Below are positions 36,301 through 51,300 of a stretch of DNA of 64,000 nucleotides, in pieces; position 1 is the stretch's first letter; every line of letters begins with the position of its first letter. Origin of the DNA: Prorocentrum cordatum (lineage: Eukaryota); the NCBI GenBank assembly GCA_963575745.1, contig CAUYUJ010000259.1, positions 496,001-560,000 on the forward strand, in the 5' to 3' direction. Under the pieces are notes generated by a model, which did no database searches, had not been told where the DNA came from, and saw only the letters and a list, made by a program, of their open reading frames with translations. The position numbers were made by a program, and so were the translations under genes.

Positions 36301-39300
36301 CCCTCCCCCCTTCTCCCGCTGCTGCTCCGGCCGCCCCCCCCCCCCACGGGCAGGGCTCGCTTCGATTCCTCCGATTCGATTCCATGTCGATGGCGTCCGA
36401 TTCCGATCCGATCCGATGTCGGATTCCGATTCGGGCTCCGAGTTCTCTCTGTGGAGGCCTACTAGCTTGCCGATGTCCACCGATTCGGCGTGTCCCTTCT
36501 CGGCTGCCGATCTCCTCCGATCCGATTTCGACTACGGACCCGACGGATCGATGTGATTCTGGGCTCTCCTGCCCCCGAGCCGAGGTGATGATGATGGAGA
36601 CGTTCGAGGAGCTCGTCGAGGAGGCGCGAACCTACATCGAGGGCATCAAGCCGTACCAACAGGAGACATGCCGCCCCGAGCCGCCAGATGGGCCTCTTTT
36701 TTGAGACCGCGATCGGGCGGGCGTTGCGCTTCCTTGCGGGCACCCCTGGCCCCGGCACTCCCGGCCAGAGGCCCTCTCCCCTCGTCCTCACCCCACCTCG
36801 TCCTCGTCCGTCCTCCCCTCGTCCTCACCATCACCTCGTCCTCCCCTTGTTCTCGTCCTCCCCTCGTCCTCCCCATCGTCCTCACCCCCCTTCCCTCGTC
36901 CTCCCCCCACTCGGACGGTAGCCAATTGACTGTTGCTGCCGCCCCCTATAGAGCTCTCTGGATATTTCCGGGGTCGCAGCGAGAACGACGCCCGACCCCG
37001 CCCCCCGCAGAACAGCAACACGGTGCCTTCGGCGATGATGGTGGTCCTCTACCGCATGTTCACCCACGGGATCGACGGGCGGCAGCTGCAGATCCTCGTC
37101 GACATGGAGGGGAGCCCCTACGTGCGTTGCCTGGGCTTCCTGTTCATCAGGACGCCTCGCGGCGCCCGCAAGGATTAGGACCAGCGGACCGAGACATAAC
37201 GACCTCGATGTGGAGGTCGGAAAGGGTTGTGGCTTGAAGGAGTGGCGTGCCAATCGTGGAAATGCAAATGTTCTCTATGATCGACAACATCGCCAGATGC
37301 AGCATTGGCACCACACCCCTTTGTGCCACACTCCTTTGTTTCCCTCCAGAGTCATATAGATCACGTAAACCACGCATCAATAGACATATACATAATAAAT
37401 ACGAATATAAAATGATGATTCTTATGAGTACCACTAATACTACGAACAACAACAATAATACTGAATAAAGATGTTAATGCTAATAGTAGGATTACTAGTC
37501 ATAATAAGACTAGTACGGATAATAAGCATAACAATAATATGAATAATGCTAGTATACACCTGGTGCTGCTAGAAGTGCCCTTGACCCAAGAAGCCCCCAG
37601 GAATCTCTGGGTGACCTACATGGTCTCCAGAGCACCCCTCACGAGACCCAGAGGGCCCCAGGGGCTCCAAAAAACAGAGCGACGAGCTGGGGGCACCTTG
37701 GGCCAGGTGTACTTCTAGCAGATCCCGAAGACAGGGCTGGTAAGACCGGCGGCCGAGGACCTCGAGCGCCCTCGGCCCCGCTTGGGGCCCCCGGGGGCCT
37801 CTCCGGAGGCTGCCGGCGGGAGGGGGCGGTGTGGAGGAGCCAGCAGGGGTCCCAGAGGGCCCATTGTTGGGCCCTTCTCTGCACCTCCCACTTGGGTGAG
37901 CCACCTTTACAATGAAGTCGGGCCTGTCCAATAGTCAAAAAACCGTATGGGGACGTTTTTGTTGAGCATTTGTTTGGCTATTTAGGGGGCATTTTCTGAG
38001 TAGTTCTTGAACTTTCGTCAAGAATCCGCCTCTAGGGGGACACGCTCGACCTAACTTTCCTACCCGCTCCATCGTTTTCGCCTTTTTGGCAAGGCTGCCT
38101 CAAGGCCTATAGACGCCCTCGGCCGAAGGCCGAGACAGGTAGTGCGGTGTCAAGCATACATCGCCCTGGAGCAGCCCCTCGACCACTCCAGGGCGGAGTC
38201 AACTGCGAAAAGCACCGGGGCAGGGAAGCTCGTAGTCGAGAAGGAGACTGCGGCCACCGCCCTTCCGGGCCACCGCACTTCTGCTGGGCCCCCGTGGGAG
38301 GCCGCCGTAGCCACCGGTGGATTCGCCTCGAAATTCTAGTGACCGCACCCAGGGAGAGGTCCGGTGAGTAGCGACATCGTGGATGCTGGCTTTTCCAGGA
38401 ATATAATATCTGGGCCCTCTAAAACAGGACGTTGCAAACAAGGATTTCGATGACTTCAGTAAGAGAGAACGAAGAGTGGAGAACGGTTGATTTGACAACG
38501 CGGCTGCAGTGTTCTCGGGTGCGCCAGCGTCCTGGTATACCAGGAAGTGCCCGTTAGGGTGGCCTTGGGCGTCCTCGGAGCGCGCTGGTGTTGGCAGAGG
38601 AAGTCCTGGGAAGGGGAAGGGGCTTCTGGCGAGGATTTTTGTTTTCCCCCAACCCTCCTGCGTTGGGTACCCGATTTGAATAGAGCACTGGTTGCTCCGA
38701 TCTTCTCCCGCCTTCCATCCTCCTCTCAGCCCCCTCCCTCCTTTTCTGCTGCCTGTCACCATGCTCCTTCCTGCGTCCCAGCTTGCCTCCTACCTGGCTA
38801 TCCCTAGGGGGCTGCGATCTGCGAACCTGTCGCCACGTTCGAGGGCTGCTTGGGGGGTCCAGCGGAGTGACGTCCCACGCAGATTCAGAGAAGACCTCGC
38901 CATCCCTGGGGGGAATGCGATCTGCGAACCTGTCGCCACGCCCGAGGGCCGCTGGGGGCTCCAGTGGGGGATTGCGATCTGCGAACCTGTCGCCTCTTTC
39001 GAGGGCTGCTGGGGGGTCTCCAGTGGAGTGATGTCCCACGCAGATTCAGATGAAACCTCGCCATCCCTGGAGGGAATGCGATCTCCGACAATGTCGTCAC
39101 TTTCGAGGGCCGCTGGGGGGTCCAGCGGAGTGACGTCTCACGCAGATTCAGATAAGACCTCGCCATCCCTGGGGGCCTGCGATCTGCGAAACTGTCGCCT
39201 CTTCCGAGGGCTGCTGGGGGGTCCAGCGGAGTGACCTCCCGCGTAGATTCAGATTTGACCTCGCCATCCCTGGGGGGTTGCGATCTGCGAGCCTGTCGCC

Positions 39301-42300
39301 ACTTTCGAGGGCCGCCGGGGGGTCCAGCGGAGTGACGTCCCGCTCAGATTCAGAGAAGACCTCGCCATCCTTTGGGGGGGGGCTGCGACCCCGGCCTCAG
39401 ACTTCCTGGCCCGCGGGCCGCCCTCGGACCTGGCAGCTCGCCTTCGAGCATTTGGCTCCCGCACGGAAGAGTGCGGGATGGAGAAGGAGGAGGAGGAGGA
39501 GGAGGAGGAGGACGAGCAGGAGGAGGAGGACGAGGAGGAGGAGGAGAGGGAAGGAGGAATGGCAGGAAGGGAGCGGAGTTGCTGGCGGGCGAGCTAGGCT
39601 TCGCTCGCCTTTTGCACTGCAGCGCGGCTAGATCCTTTCGGGCGCCGCGGCGACGTGGCACAGGCAGCGCTGCATCTTCAGCGCATCATCGACAACATCA
39701 ACTCCTCGGACTCCTCCCGTCACCTTCGTCGTCGTCCTCTGGCCCTTGCCACCTTCCCTCTGCCGCTGCCGCGCTGACGATTCGGCCCCTCACGCGTCCT
39801 TCGTCTGCCCTGCGTTCCCGGCTCATGCCCTCCTCCAGCCCTGGGCCTTGGCTCCTCGTCCTTCTGCTGTTGTCCCGTGAACCGTGCCACGCGAGCGCAG
39901 CCCATGTGGCTTGCACCAAGAACGGCGCCGGCACTCTCATCGTTCTGGCAAGTTTGGACCAAGTCCTACTTGTCACTTGAGGCAAATGGGTTGGGTACGT
40001 CGCAGGGTCATTGTTGTTTGGGGGTTGGGTGTGGGGGGGGTGGGGCAGTTCCAGGGCGGGGGAGGGTGGGATTCTGCACAAGCTGCGCGTGCACAGAGGA
40101 CGCTCTGTCAGAGGAGGAGGTGGGCGACAAGGTTGGCGGAGGCAGAGCATGGAGGGGCACGCCATGGTGAAGAAGAGAGGAGGGGGAGGAGGAGGAGGAG
40201 GAGGAGGAGGAGGAGGAGGAGGCTGAGAAGGAAGAGGACGAGGAGGACGAGGAGGACGAGGAGGATGAGGAGGACGTTGAAAAGGAGGAGGAGGACAGGT
40301 AGTAGGAGGAGGAGGAGAAGGAGGAGGAGGAGGAGGACGAGAAGGACGAGGAGGACGAGGAGGAGGACGACGAGGAGGAGGAGGAGGAGGAGGAGGAGGA
40401 CGAGGAGGAGGACGAGGAGAGGGCGGAGGACTAGGTGGAGGAGGAGGGGGAGGATGAGGGGGAGGAGGACGTGCAGGGCAGGGTCCTGGAGAGCAGGCGG
40501 TTCGATTGCGGCATCGAGCTGTCCAGAAACGGCCGTCGCAGCTGCAGCTGCCTGGCAGCACCGCCACATCGTCGATGCACGGGATTCGCGCGGAGCCCCG
40601 AAAGTTTTTATTTAGGCTGTTGGTTGCTCCTCTTGGCAGAGGCCCGAGAGTCATCTCAAAAAAAACGCCTAAGTTTGCAGAGTTCCAGGCGGATTTCTTG
40701 GATCTGTGCTTGGCCCCGTCTGCAGCGCCGCCCATGGCGCGCTCCGAGAGCCAGGGAGGGGGGGTCCGGCGCCGATCCAAGAAGTCCGCGCAGAGCCCCA
40801 AAAGTGATGTTTACTCATTTTTTTTCCACTAGCAGAGGCCCGAGGGGCAGCACCCTCAGCCCACGGGGCACATATCCCTTGCGTCAGCCTTTTGCAGACA
40901 CGCTGCGATAGGCCGCGCGGTGCGCGTTGCACCACACCTCGTGCAAGCAGTATACAAATGTGTGGGGTAGAGGTTTCAGTTGAGCCGCCGCAGATTTTCA
41001 GGCGCCTCACTGCCTCGCCTTGAACAGAACCAGCAGCAATCAAGGACGCTGATGGGCGCCCACATTCCCAGGCCCGTGCTCCCATGCGCTGACGCCGAAC
41101 TGCTGCCAAGGTCGCTCGCTCTCTCGCTCCTCATCCATCCCCTCCTCCCCCGCCTCCCCCACCCTCTCCTGGACAAGATGGGCAAAGAGCGGCGGAGCCG
41201 CTTCGGGCCTGGCCTCCACCACCGTACAGGGAAGAAGGAGTGGTCCTTGAGACCTGAGGTTTCTCACTCACGTGAGTGAGCGCACTGCCTAATTCTATGA
41301 ACTTTTTGCGCTCCGCGCAGATTTCTTGGATGTGCGCTGCGCCGCCAGGGGCAACCCAGCGCGGATCCATGAAACCCGCGCGGAGCGCCAAGAGCTTCCC
41401 TTGATGGCGTTTCTCGCTCCTCTCCTACTCGTGCACCTCTGCAGCTGCCTGGTCCGGCGTCCGCAGGCGGGGCACAGAAGCCTGCCGCCCCTCCGCTCCC
41501 GTGGCTCCCACCCACGGTGCACGCGCCCCCGCCCGCGAGGGTCGGCCTGCACCCGGAGGAGTTCCTGCCGTGGCTCAGCCCGCGCCTCATCCGGGGCGGC
41601 CGCCCCGCGGCGCGCGCGCGCCCGGCGGCTCCCGCGCGGGCTGGGCGCCCGGTGCGGCGCGGCGCGGCGGGGGCCGCCCTTCAGGAGGGAAAAACACACA
41701 GACACAATTAATCGTCGATCCCACGGAAAATATGGGAAAATATGGGAAGTGGTGGGAAAGACAGAAAGCCAGAAAATATGTGAAAATATGGGGAATATTT
41801 TTACTTGTGTGTATTTATTTGTGTGTCCCAGGGCCCCTTGAGCCCTGTCATCAGAAGCCTGGAGCTCGATTCACGAGCGGCGACCCCATCGTCATCAGTA
41901 TCGTTCAACGGATCCCCATCCCCATCCCCTGCGAGACCCCCACCAAATGACCACCCCATTTGGGGATACGCCCCGCGAAACTCGAAGGGAACGGCCTATA
42001 TCCCCATCTAGGGGGGTAAATCGGCCAGCAGGGCCCAGGCCACGCCGCTGGGGATGGGGATCGGTTAAACGGTGCTCACGTCAGAGCCCCGAATCATCAG
42101 GGGTAGTTCGGGTCAGGGCTAACTCGGATTCGTTTTTCAGGGATCCGAGCCCGAGTTGCCCCGGGGCCCGAGCTACCCCGGATAATTCGGGCGTCCAGCG
42201 TCCTAAATCATCAGTGGTAATTCGGTCCAGGGCTGACTCGGGTTCGTATTCTGGGAATCCCAGCCCGAGTTACCCCGGGCCCGACTTACCCCGGATATGG

Positions 42301-45300
42301 TCCCCCAAACGTGGTGGTGAGAACACCCGGTGGTGAGTTTTGGGCGATTTGGGTAATGTTTTTCGAGCGCTGGCTGGCCCAGGAAACGCAAAACCTCGTG
42401 GCGACCGCGTGTCCCCAAACCCGGTGGTGACCCAGAATTATTTTTTAGGGGGAATCGGGGTCACCACTGGGTGTCTCACCACCTGGTTTGGAGACCACCA
42501 AGTTTCTGCAGCTGCACCTCGCCGAAAGCGTTCCGGGGGTGCCCGGATCGTCGCGGACGGCCGCCGGAGAGCCGAGCTATGGCCCAAACACTGGCAGGTC
42601 GGGGTCCTTCACGAGCGGCGACCCTGTGCGCAACCGTGGTCTGGATTCCGGGGCGCGGTCCTGCGGACAAGCGGTCGTGCTGGTGCGTGCCGCGAGGGGC
42701 ATCCGCGAAGGCACGCCCCGCACGTATCCGTGGTGTCGCGGCCCAGCGGCCCGGCCCGCGAGGCCGCAGATGCGAACATGTTGTTCGCCCACGATGGGCC
42801 ACCCTCGAATCGGAGGCGTTTAGGCTGGAAGGGCAACATCAGGATCGTTGTGGAGGAAGTCACAGAAGGTTCCGCTGGTCTCGTGCTGAGTGCGTATCGG
42901 CGAAAAGCGCCTTGTAGCCCCAATAGCGTGCGCACCGCGCCCACTGGTACTCAAAGGTACTCAATAGTGCCCGAACGCGCGCAGCATCACCGAACATGGT
43001 TTCTTGCATTACATCTGGAGCTGATCTGGGAATTGTGAGATTCTCGATCGATGCCAAGGTGGGCTAACAGACACATATATATATACATATATATATATAT
43101 AACTATAGATGTATAGTGTATATATATATACACGTATACATATGGGTCGATCACCTCGTCAAGCCCACAAGTGGGTTGGAACGCCCTAGGCTGTTCACGG
43201 GGGGCATATAACTGGGCCATGTGGGCGGAGCCTTTCTAGCGGAGTTACCAAACCCCTTTTTAGCCATTTACATTGCATGTAACCCTTTTCACAAGAGTGT
43301 TAATGTACATTCTATTCAGGAACATCCGCGTATACCCCCCATCCCGTAGCAAGCCCAGTGGTGATCCAAGTAAAGTCTGAAATCCACACGGGTATCGGCG
43401 GTTGCCTCCTACCTGGGGCCGATCTCCTGAGATGGTGGTACGAATCGGGCGTCTCTGGTGGCCTGGAAATCACCACCAATTCCACTGTTCAGGATCATCT
43501 TCCCTAGGTGAGTGAGGAGGAGGAGAAGAATGAGGAAGATGATGATGAAGAGGAGGAGAAGGAGGAGAAGAAGGAGGGGGAGGAGCAGGAGGAGGAGGAG
43601 GAGTGGGAGAAGGAGGAGGACAGGAAGGAGGAGGATTCCCCAGTGTAGTCAAACCCCAGTGGTAAAACCGGGCCACGCTGTCGGCCAACAGCGGCTGGTC
43701 ACCTGGAAAACCAACAAAAAACAAGACACCAGATGTCTGGGTATTGTGCCCTGAAGGGGTCAGATGAGGGGAGGAGGAGGAGGAGGAGGAGGAGGAGGAG
43801 GAGGAGGAGGAGGAGGAGGGGCGGAGGCGGAGGGGGAGGAGGAGGAGGAGGGGGAGAGGGAGGGGGAGGAGGAGGAGGAGGAGGAGGGGGAGGGGGAGGA
43901 GGAGGAGGAGGAGGAGGAGGAGGAGGAGGAGGAGGAGGAGGAGGAGGAGAGGAGGCGGAGGGGGAGGGGAGGAGGAGGAGGAGGGGGAGGGGGAGGGGGA
44001 GGAGGAGGAGGAGGAGGAGGAGGAGGGGAGTGGGAGGAGGAGGAGGAGGAGGAGGAGGAGGAGGGGAGGAGGAGGAGGAGGAGGAGAGGAGGAGGAGGAG
44101 GAGGAGGAGGAGGAGGAGGAGGAGGAGGAGGAGGAGGAAGAGGAGGAGGAGGAGGAGGAGGAGGAGGAAAGAGGAAGTCGGATGGCGGGTGGAGGACGGA
44201 GGATGGAGAATGGAGGATGGAAGGAGGAGGGAGGAGGGAGGATGGAGGAGGGAGGAGGACGAGGACGAGGACGAGGAGGAGGAGGGAGGAGGAGGGAGGA
44301 GGAGGAGGAGGAGGAGAAAGAGGAGGAGAAGGAGAAAGAGGAGGAGAAAGAGGAGGAGGAGGAGGAGGAGGAGAAGGAGGAGGAGGAGGAGGAGGAGGGG
44401 GAGGAGGCTGATGCCTCCAGAGGCCTCCCGAGACACTCCATAGGCCCAAAAAGGATCGCGCTGCATCGCCGGTGCCTCGGCTCTCGATCTGGAGCCCGGT
44501 CTTTTCCACGCTATCGTCGCCAGCGCGTCGATGGCGCGTGGCGAGGGCCCCCAGCTCAAGGCCCTCTCCGTTGCGATGGGTATCGGGTGGCGGCTCACAG
44601 ATGGGGCCCTGATGGGTTCGAAGCATCCGAGATGTCTGGAGGGGAAGAAGGCACAGACGCAATAATTCGTCGAGTACCGCGGAAACCCAGAACATGTGGT
44701 AAAACTATTCGGCATGTTGTGTTTTGTGTCTATGTTCTAGGCCTCCTAGATGGGGTCGGAGTTGATGGGGTCGGAGGACCGCGCCGCATCGCTGATGCAT
44801 CGGCGATGCGGCTCGATGCGGAGCTTGATTTCACTCGCGCCGGTGTCGCCGATGCATCGGCGACGTCGACGATACGTCGCCGTTGCATCACCGATGCATC
44901 GCCGATGCATCGCCGATGCATCGCCGATGTATCGGCGATGCGGCGCAATCCTCCGACCCCATCTACTCGGACCGCATCTAGGAGGCCTCTATATGTATTT
45001 GCGTGTCCCTGGGGCCCCTTTGAGATGGGCAGAGGGGACGAGTTGAAACAACGGCCGGGTGGCCCCGGGGCGACCCCGCGTCTCTCCACGCCTGGACGCA
45101 GCCCGAGCAGCTAATGCACGTGGGCCACGGCAGGGGCCCAGGGCTCGAGTTCGAGCTGCCGTGCTCTCGGCTCGCGCCCTCCGCCGCCGCGAGGGGCATC
45201 GACCGGAAGCTCAAAGAGGATCGGGCCGGGCGAAAGGGGGGGATTGGGAAAGGGGGGGTTACGAAATCTGCTGCATGCAGCTGGTTTCGGCCTCAGCGAG

Positions 45301-48300
45301 GGGCCCATTCCTCGATACATGGGCGCCTCCCGGCGCCGGGAGGCGCCGGGAAAATCAGCTACGCGAGCTGATTCTCAAACCCACCCTTTGCTATCCCCCC
45401 CTTTCGCCCGACCCGAGAAGAGGTCCTGAGGAAGCGGGCCCCGGGTCGAAGAGCAAAGAACGGCAAAGGTCAGGCGATCACAATCAGGAGCGGAAGAAGG
45501 ACGCACACGCACACGAGTCCACGCTGGTTTCGAGAGTTCGCATTGCGCGAATGTTCGTATCACGCGGCAGGTCTCGCGGGTCAGCGGGCCGTGTTCATGT
45601 ACGTAGCTGGGCGCGTGTGCATTTCGTGGGCTCCCCACACAAACATGATCAAGGAGGCGTCGACGGGCCCGCACGCGGCGGCACCGGCCGCATTTTGGGG
45701 AGGGCACCTCCCCCGATCCATGGACTTGGCGACCGCGCGCCACAACCATATGGATCGCGCCCCCCGAAAGGGCATGAGTTTCCGGAGGTCCGCGCGGAGT
45801 GCTCGGAGGAGGAGGAGGAGGGAGGAGGGAGGAGGGAGGAGGGAGGAGGAGGAGGAGGGAGGAGGGAGGAGGAGGAGGAGGAGGGAGGAGGGAGGAGGGA
45901 GGAGGGAGGAGGCGGAGGAGGAGGAGGAGGAGGGCCCCCCATGGCGGTGCCTTCAGCGCCGCCCCCGCCGCGCTCTCCGCGCGCTCGCAGGGGGCTCCAG
46001 CGCCGCGGAGTCTACGTTTGTGCTGCTGTCTCTCCCCCCCGCTAAGGATAAAAAATCAGGAGGGGAAAAAACACACAGACACAATTAATCCGCGATTCCC
46101 AGAACATATGGGAACATATGGGAAGTGGGGGGAAAGACAAAAACCTAGAAAATATTGGAAAATATGGGGGATAGGTTTATTTGTGTGTATTTATTTGTGT
46201 GTCCCAGTTCCCCTTCAAAAAAGCGATCCCACGTCGAGTGGGCATTATTTGCGGCCTCTCTGATTTGCGGGGTGCCGAGAGATGTGGCTCCAGTGATTTC
46301 GTGACGCTCCAGTACTTTTACGATGGGTCCCGACATGTTTTTTATCACTTCTGGACGCACGGTAGGGCTCCATCCCTCAGGGTTCCATTTTTGAGCCGGC
46401 GCCGCCCAGATATATTGAGATGCGCGTCGCCCCCAACGGGGCAAGTAGCGAGCCTTCGGACATCCTGTAGTAGATGTTTCTTGGCAGAAGCTTTCTGGCC
46501 GGACCGTTCGGAAAGCGATGTGTTAGAGGATGGTCCTACCATTTGTGCGGGTCGGGCGCACGCCTCCGAGGAGGGCGCCTAGTACTGGCACGTCCTTCTG
46601 CGTCTCACCTCAGGGACCTATCTTCGGGCGGCCGATGATAGCCCGCTCGGCGGACTCGAGTCTATGCCCAGTACGGCACGGTCCAGTCCGAGCTCACGGC
46701 GCGGGCTGTCGCTGTGCACGGGCCTTCTGTCGGCTGGCTTGGTTCGTCGTGTGGGCGGATGACACGGGGCACGCGAGGACGAGAGGGGGAAAAGGGGACG
46801 GGGGAGAAGGAGGAAACGGAGGAGGGAGAGGAGGAGGAGGAGGAGGAGGAGGAGGAGGAGGAGGAGGAGGAGGAGAGAGCGGATCTAGGTCTCCCAGATG
46901 GGGTCCGAGTAGACGGGGTCCGCGTACACGGGGTCCGAGTAGACGGGGTCCGAGCATCGGTCGTATCGCCGAAACATAGGCGATGCGTCTCGATGCGGAA
47001 GTTGAATTTCTCCACGCCGACGTCGCCGATGCATCGACGACGTCGTCGGAACATCGCCGATGCATCTGCGACATCCTCTGACCCCACCTACTCGGACCTA
47101 ATCTGGAAGGCCTCTAGCGGAGGTGATGGTGGTTTTGTTTTGTCTTGGCTCGTGTTTGCTCGCCCCGCTGTGTTCCCGCTGGCGTTGTCCGCCGCGCGCG
47201 GCCTCGACTGACGCTGCGGGCGAGTGTGGAGCTTCTGCAAGAAGAGAAGGGTAGAAGGGTAAAGGGAGCGGGGGGAAAGGATAAAGCAAAGGAGGAAGGG
47301 GAGGAGGAGAAGGGTGGACATGGACGCGAATGTAGAACGGAGGAGGAGGCGGAACGCTGTGGCTTCAGCTCAGGTCGGGGTATCGTTTGTCGGGTCGGTG
47401 GGGATCGCCGATCTGATCGCGCGCGTGACGCAGAGATCGGCCGAAACCTCGAGGCAAGTTGGTCCTTGGTGAGCACCCGTGTGAGAGGATGACGAGACGA
47501 GCGGCGTCTTCCTACTAGCAGCGGCAGCAGGTGCTGGCGCACGATGAGAACTGTGGCGAGGCTGTACCGGCATGGGCACCAGGGAGAGAAAGAAAGAGAA
47601 GAAGAGAGAGCGAGAGAATGACAACAACCACACAAGAGAGAGAGAGAGCGAGACAGAAAGAGAGAGAGAGAGAGAGGGATGGTGAGACATATTCGAGGAT
47701 CCCAGCTTGAACGAGCAAGCGCTTGCCCTGCACCGCCTGCTCGCAAACCCTGCTGCGCCAAGGTGAGTACATGCTCGACGAGGAGGAGTTCTACGTGTCC
47801 AAGGATCTTGGCCGCGCCAGTGTCTCTCCCGTCCGCCCTCCCTTCGCTTGATCTTCCGGAGTCTCTTGTGGTAGAGTGCTTGTAAGTTCGGGACGAAGGG
47901 CACATTGAATAATCGTAAGTTTTCGGAGGTCCGCGCGGATCTCTTGGATCCGCGCTGGGATCCCCCTTGGCGGCGCCTCCAGTCCCGCCCTGTCGTGTTT
48001 CCCATTGGATGTTTCAGATTTGTCCCTCGCCGACTCCGCGGCGTTCCTGGCCCGCCTCTTAGGTGTGTGTATGCGTATTCTTTGGGCAGCGCACGCGTGC
48101 CAGGTCAGCTGTCTGTGTTGGCGCCTGCCCCTTGTGCGTTCGAGCCTTCCATGTCTTCTCTCACTTTTACTTTTAGGCACTTCTCTGTCTTCGTGCTGCG
48201 GCACCAGGGACCTGAATCCAGGTTCTTCGTGCTGTCCACTGTCCGCAAGCCGCCCTGCAGAGTTCACCGAGCACGCCCAGAAGCCGTTCAGACCACAACT

Positions 48301-51300
48301 TGTCGCGCTGCGCGTGCCAGGGAGGGTGGCCAGATCCGATCCAACAATCAATGCGGACGTCTGAAAGTGTATGCCCATGCATCCTGCTCCTCAGGACGAT
48401 GAGGCTCCGCTGGACTTCTGGAGGGCCAGTCACTGCCGAGAGAAGACTTCTTGCCGAATTGAGCGTGCCACCTTCGACGCCGCGAGGACCGATGTTCGAT
48501 GCGTGGGAGGAGGAGCAGGAGGAGGAGGAGGAGGAGGAGGAGGAGGAGGAGGAGGAGGAGGAGGAGGAGGGGGAGGGGAGGAGGCGGAGGAGGAGGAGGA
48601 GGCGGAGGAGTAGGAGGAGGGAGGGAGGAGGGAGGGAGGGAGGGAGGGAGGGAGAGGAGAGGAGGAGGAGGAGGAGGAGGAGAGAGGAGGAGGAGGGGGA
48701 GGAGGGAGGAGGAGGAGTAGGAGGGAGGGAGAGAGAGGGAGGGAGGGGGAGGAGGGAGAAGGAAGAGGAGGGGTGGGGAGGAGGAGGAGGTGGTGGAGGG
48801 AGGAGTGGAGGAGGAGGAGGAGGAGGAGGGGGAGGAGGACAGAGGAGGAGTCGGAGGAGAGGAGGAGGAAAGGAGGAGGAGGAGGAGGAGGAGGAGAGGA
48901 GAGGAGGAGGGAGGAGGGAAGGAGGAGGAGGACGGAGGAGGAGGAGGGAGGAGGGGAGGAGGAGGAGGAGGAGGAGGAGGAGGAGGAGGAGGAGGAGGAG
49001 GAGGGAGGGAGGAGGGAGGGAGGGAGGGAGGGAGGAGGGAGGAAGGGAGGGAGGGAGGGAGGGAGGGAGGGAGGGGGAGGGGAGGGAGGAGGGAGGGAGG
49101 GAGGAGGGAGGGAGGGAGGAGGAGGAGGAGGCGAAAAGCCTTGCGTCGTGATGTCGTCCTGCTCCAGGGGGCCTGGGGCTCGGGCGCACCCGACGACTGC
49201 AGCTCCCCGCTCTGCCCCGGGCTCTCAGGCGGCCCTGCAGGGTCCTGGCCGGGGCCGCTGTGGGGCGCCCCGGAGCGGTGCACATGTGCGCCTCGCGAGC
49301 CACGGGCCCAGATCATGCCGGAGGTTTTTCAGAGTTTTCGGCCTCCTGGGGCCCTTACCGGGCCTCGGGGCCGTCAAAAAACGACTCAGGATGAAAACCG
49401 GTCCTGGGGAATGGGTCGAGACTGCCTGGGACCCCGTATTGCAAAAATCACGACATCGTATCACTGGGGGTGGCGCGACGATCCCGAGGAGGACATGGTA
49501 GACACATCGCCACGCTTCCTCGCGTTCCCCCCTTTTCGGAGGGCCTCCCGGGGCCCCGAGATCCTGGCGCGGCAATTTTTCCACAGCGGGCGTTTCCGCT
49601 TCGCTTCGGGCCCCAAGACCCTCACAGGTCGATCCGGCTCGAGACATGACGCACAAGGATGGGAGTAATTTCTTGCGATGTTTTGTTGATGCAACGTCGG
49701 ATCTCAGGGGAGGCCCTCGTCGCCACCGCCGAATTCGCCTCGAAATTTTAGGCAGTGCGCACCCCGGTAGAGGTCCGGGGATCACAAGCTTCCGCGGGGG
49801 CGCCAAGAGGACCACGCAGCTTTCGGCGATTACAAAGGTTGTGGTTGCGCCGGGGTGTGGTTTGCGATCGGCACCGCTGGGTCCTGGGGGTACGACACTG
49901 TCCTCCTCGGGCCTCGTAGGGGCGCGGCAGAGAGCTATATTGAGGTCCCGCCCGAACGGCCCCCCCAGGCTTCCCCCCAGGATGCCGGTTGCAAACCACA
50001 TCCTCTGCAAGCCACAACCTCAGGGGTCGCCGCGCGAAGTGCACTGCGGTGCGCGATGCGCGAAGTTACTCAGGATCGAGTCTCGAGGCTCGCGGATCGA
50101 GGGTCGAGGATCGAGGCTTCCTGATCGAGGCTCAAGGCTCGCTGGTCCGAGCCTGGGATCTCGCCGGCACGTTCCGGATGTGTGTGAACCTGCTGGCCGG
50201 CGGCCAGCGTGAGATCTCTTACACTCTTGGCGCCTGCGCCGAGGCGCCGCCGCCCCGCCCCTCGCGGGGCCGCCCGGCGTGACGCGGGGGGCGCAGGGTC
50301 GCAGCAGCGTCGCCGCGGGATCTCGCCGCCGCCCCGCCGCACGGCAGGGCTGCTGCGGCGCGCCCGCGCGGCACGCCTGCGCCGGCGCGGGCGCCCGGTG
50401 CGGACTCCGCCGGCGGCCTCACACTTGCGGCCGCCGGCGGGTTCGACACCCGGAGGCCGCTGGGGCGGCGTCGATGCCGGCGGCGGGCGCCACTGGTAGC
50501 GCACAGCGCTCGCACGAGCAGGGTGGAGGCCGCCTCCACTGCGCCTCGGCCTTCGGGCGCCCCCTTCAAGGACGTCCAATCATACCCGCATCTCGAACAA
50601 GAAACAAAAGTCATACAGTGTATGCGGTTCGCTCTTCCTGTAGATCTGGGGCAACGTTAGCGGGTCTCGGCTCAGGGTGGAATGCATCGTCCACAAGTCG
50701 CCCATGCACTGCCGATCTCGCCGATGCAGGCTCGACGGTTCCCCTCCTGAGCTGGTCCTCCCTTCTCGTCGTTCCCACTCGTTCCTGGAGGCAGCGATCG
50801 TCCCAGGTGGGAGGGTCCGCGGCGCGTCAGAAGCCACTGCCATTTCCCCTCCGCCTCCCCTCCCCTTCGGGATGCAGCTCCCCGGAGGTCAAATTCTGAC
50901 TCTGCCTTGGTACGACATCCTGGCTAAGCGTCCGCTGAATTCCGGCTTGATCCCGCTCACTAGCCGAGCTCTACGCGGCTCAATCCCGAATGATCCGCTG
51001 CCCAATCTGTCGCACCAGCCCCCAATGGGGCTCAAGCCTCCGCAGTCCTTCCCGCGAAGACCCCCCCCAGCAGTTGCCTCCTAGCCTTGTGATGTTCCAA
51101 CCTACTTTAGCCTTGATCACCAGACAGAATTTCGAGCACCAGAAAAAAAGTACCGAAACTCGAGGGTTTTCACGTATCGGGCCCTGGGAGACACTCGTCC
51201 GACACTGTTTCGACACCGTTTCGACACTCTCTCGACACATTTCTGGGTGCTCGAAACTATTTCTGGGGTGTGGTGAAGTCAGTACGATGGGAACAACATA

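Noticed and set aside
38305..38314. ccgtagcca resembling the start of the dinoflagellate spliced leader
   Set aside because: It continues as ccggtgg and is part of a dispersed repeat also seen near 12695, 13945 and 49715.
43225..43510. Lower-GC unique segment considered as an ncRNA or ribozyme
   Set aside because: No complete hammerhead core, tRNA, snRNA or rRNA structure could be identified by eye; an Infernal/Rfam scan would be needed.
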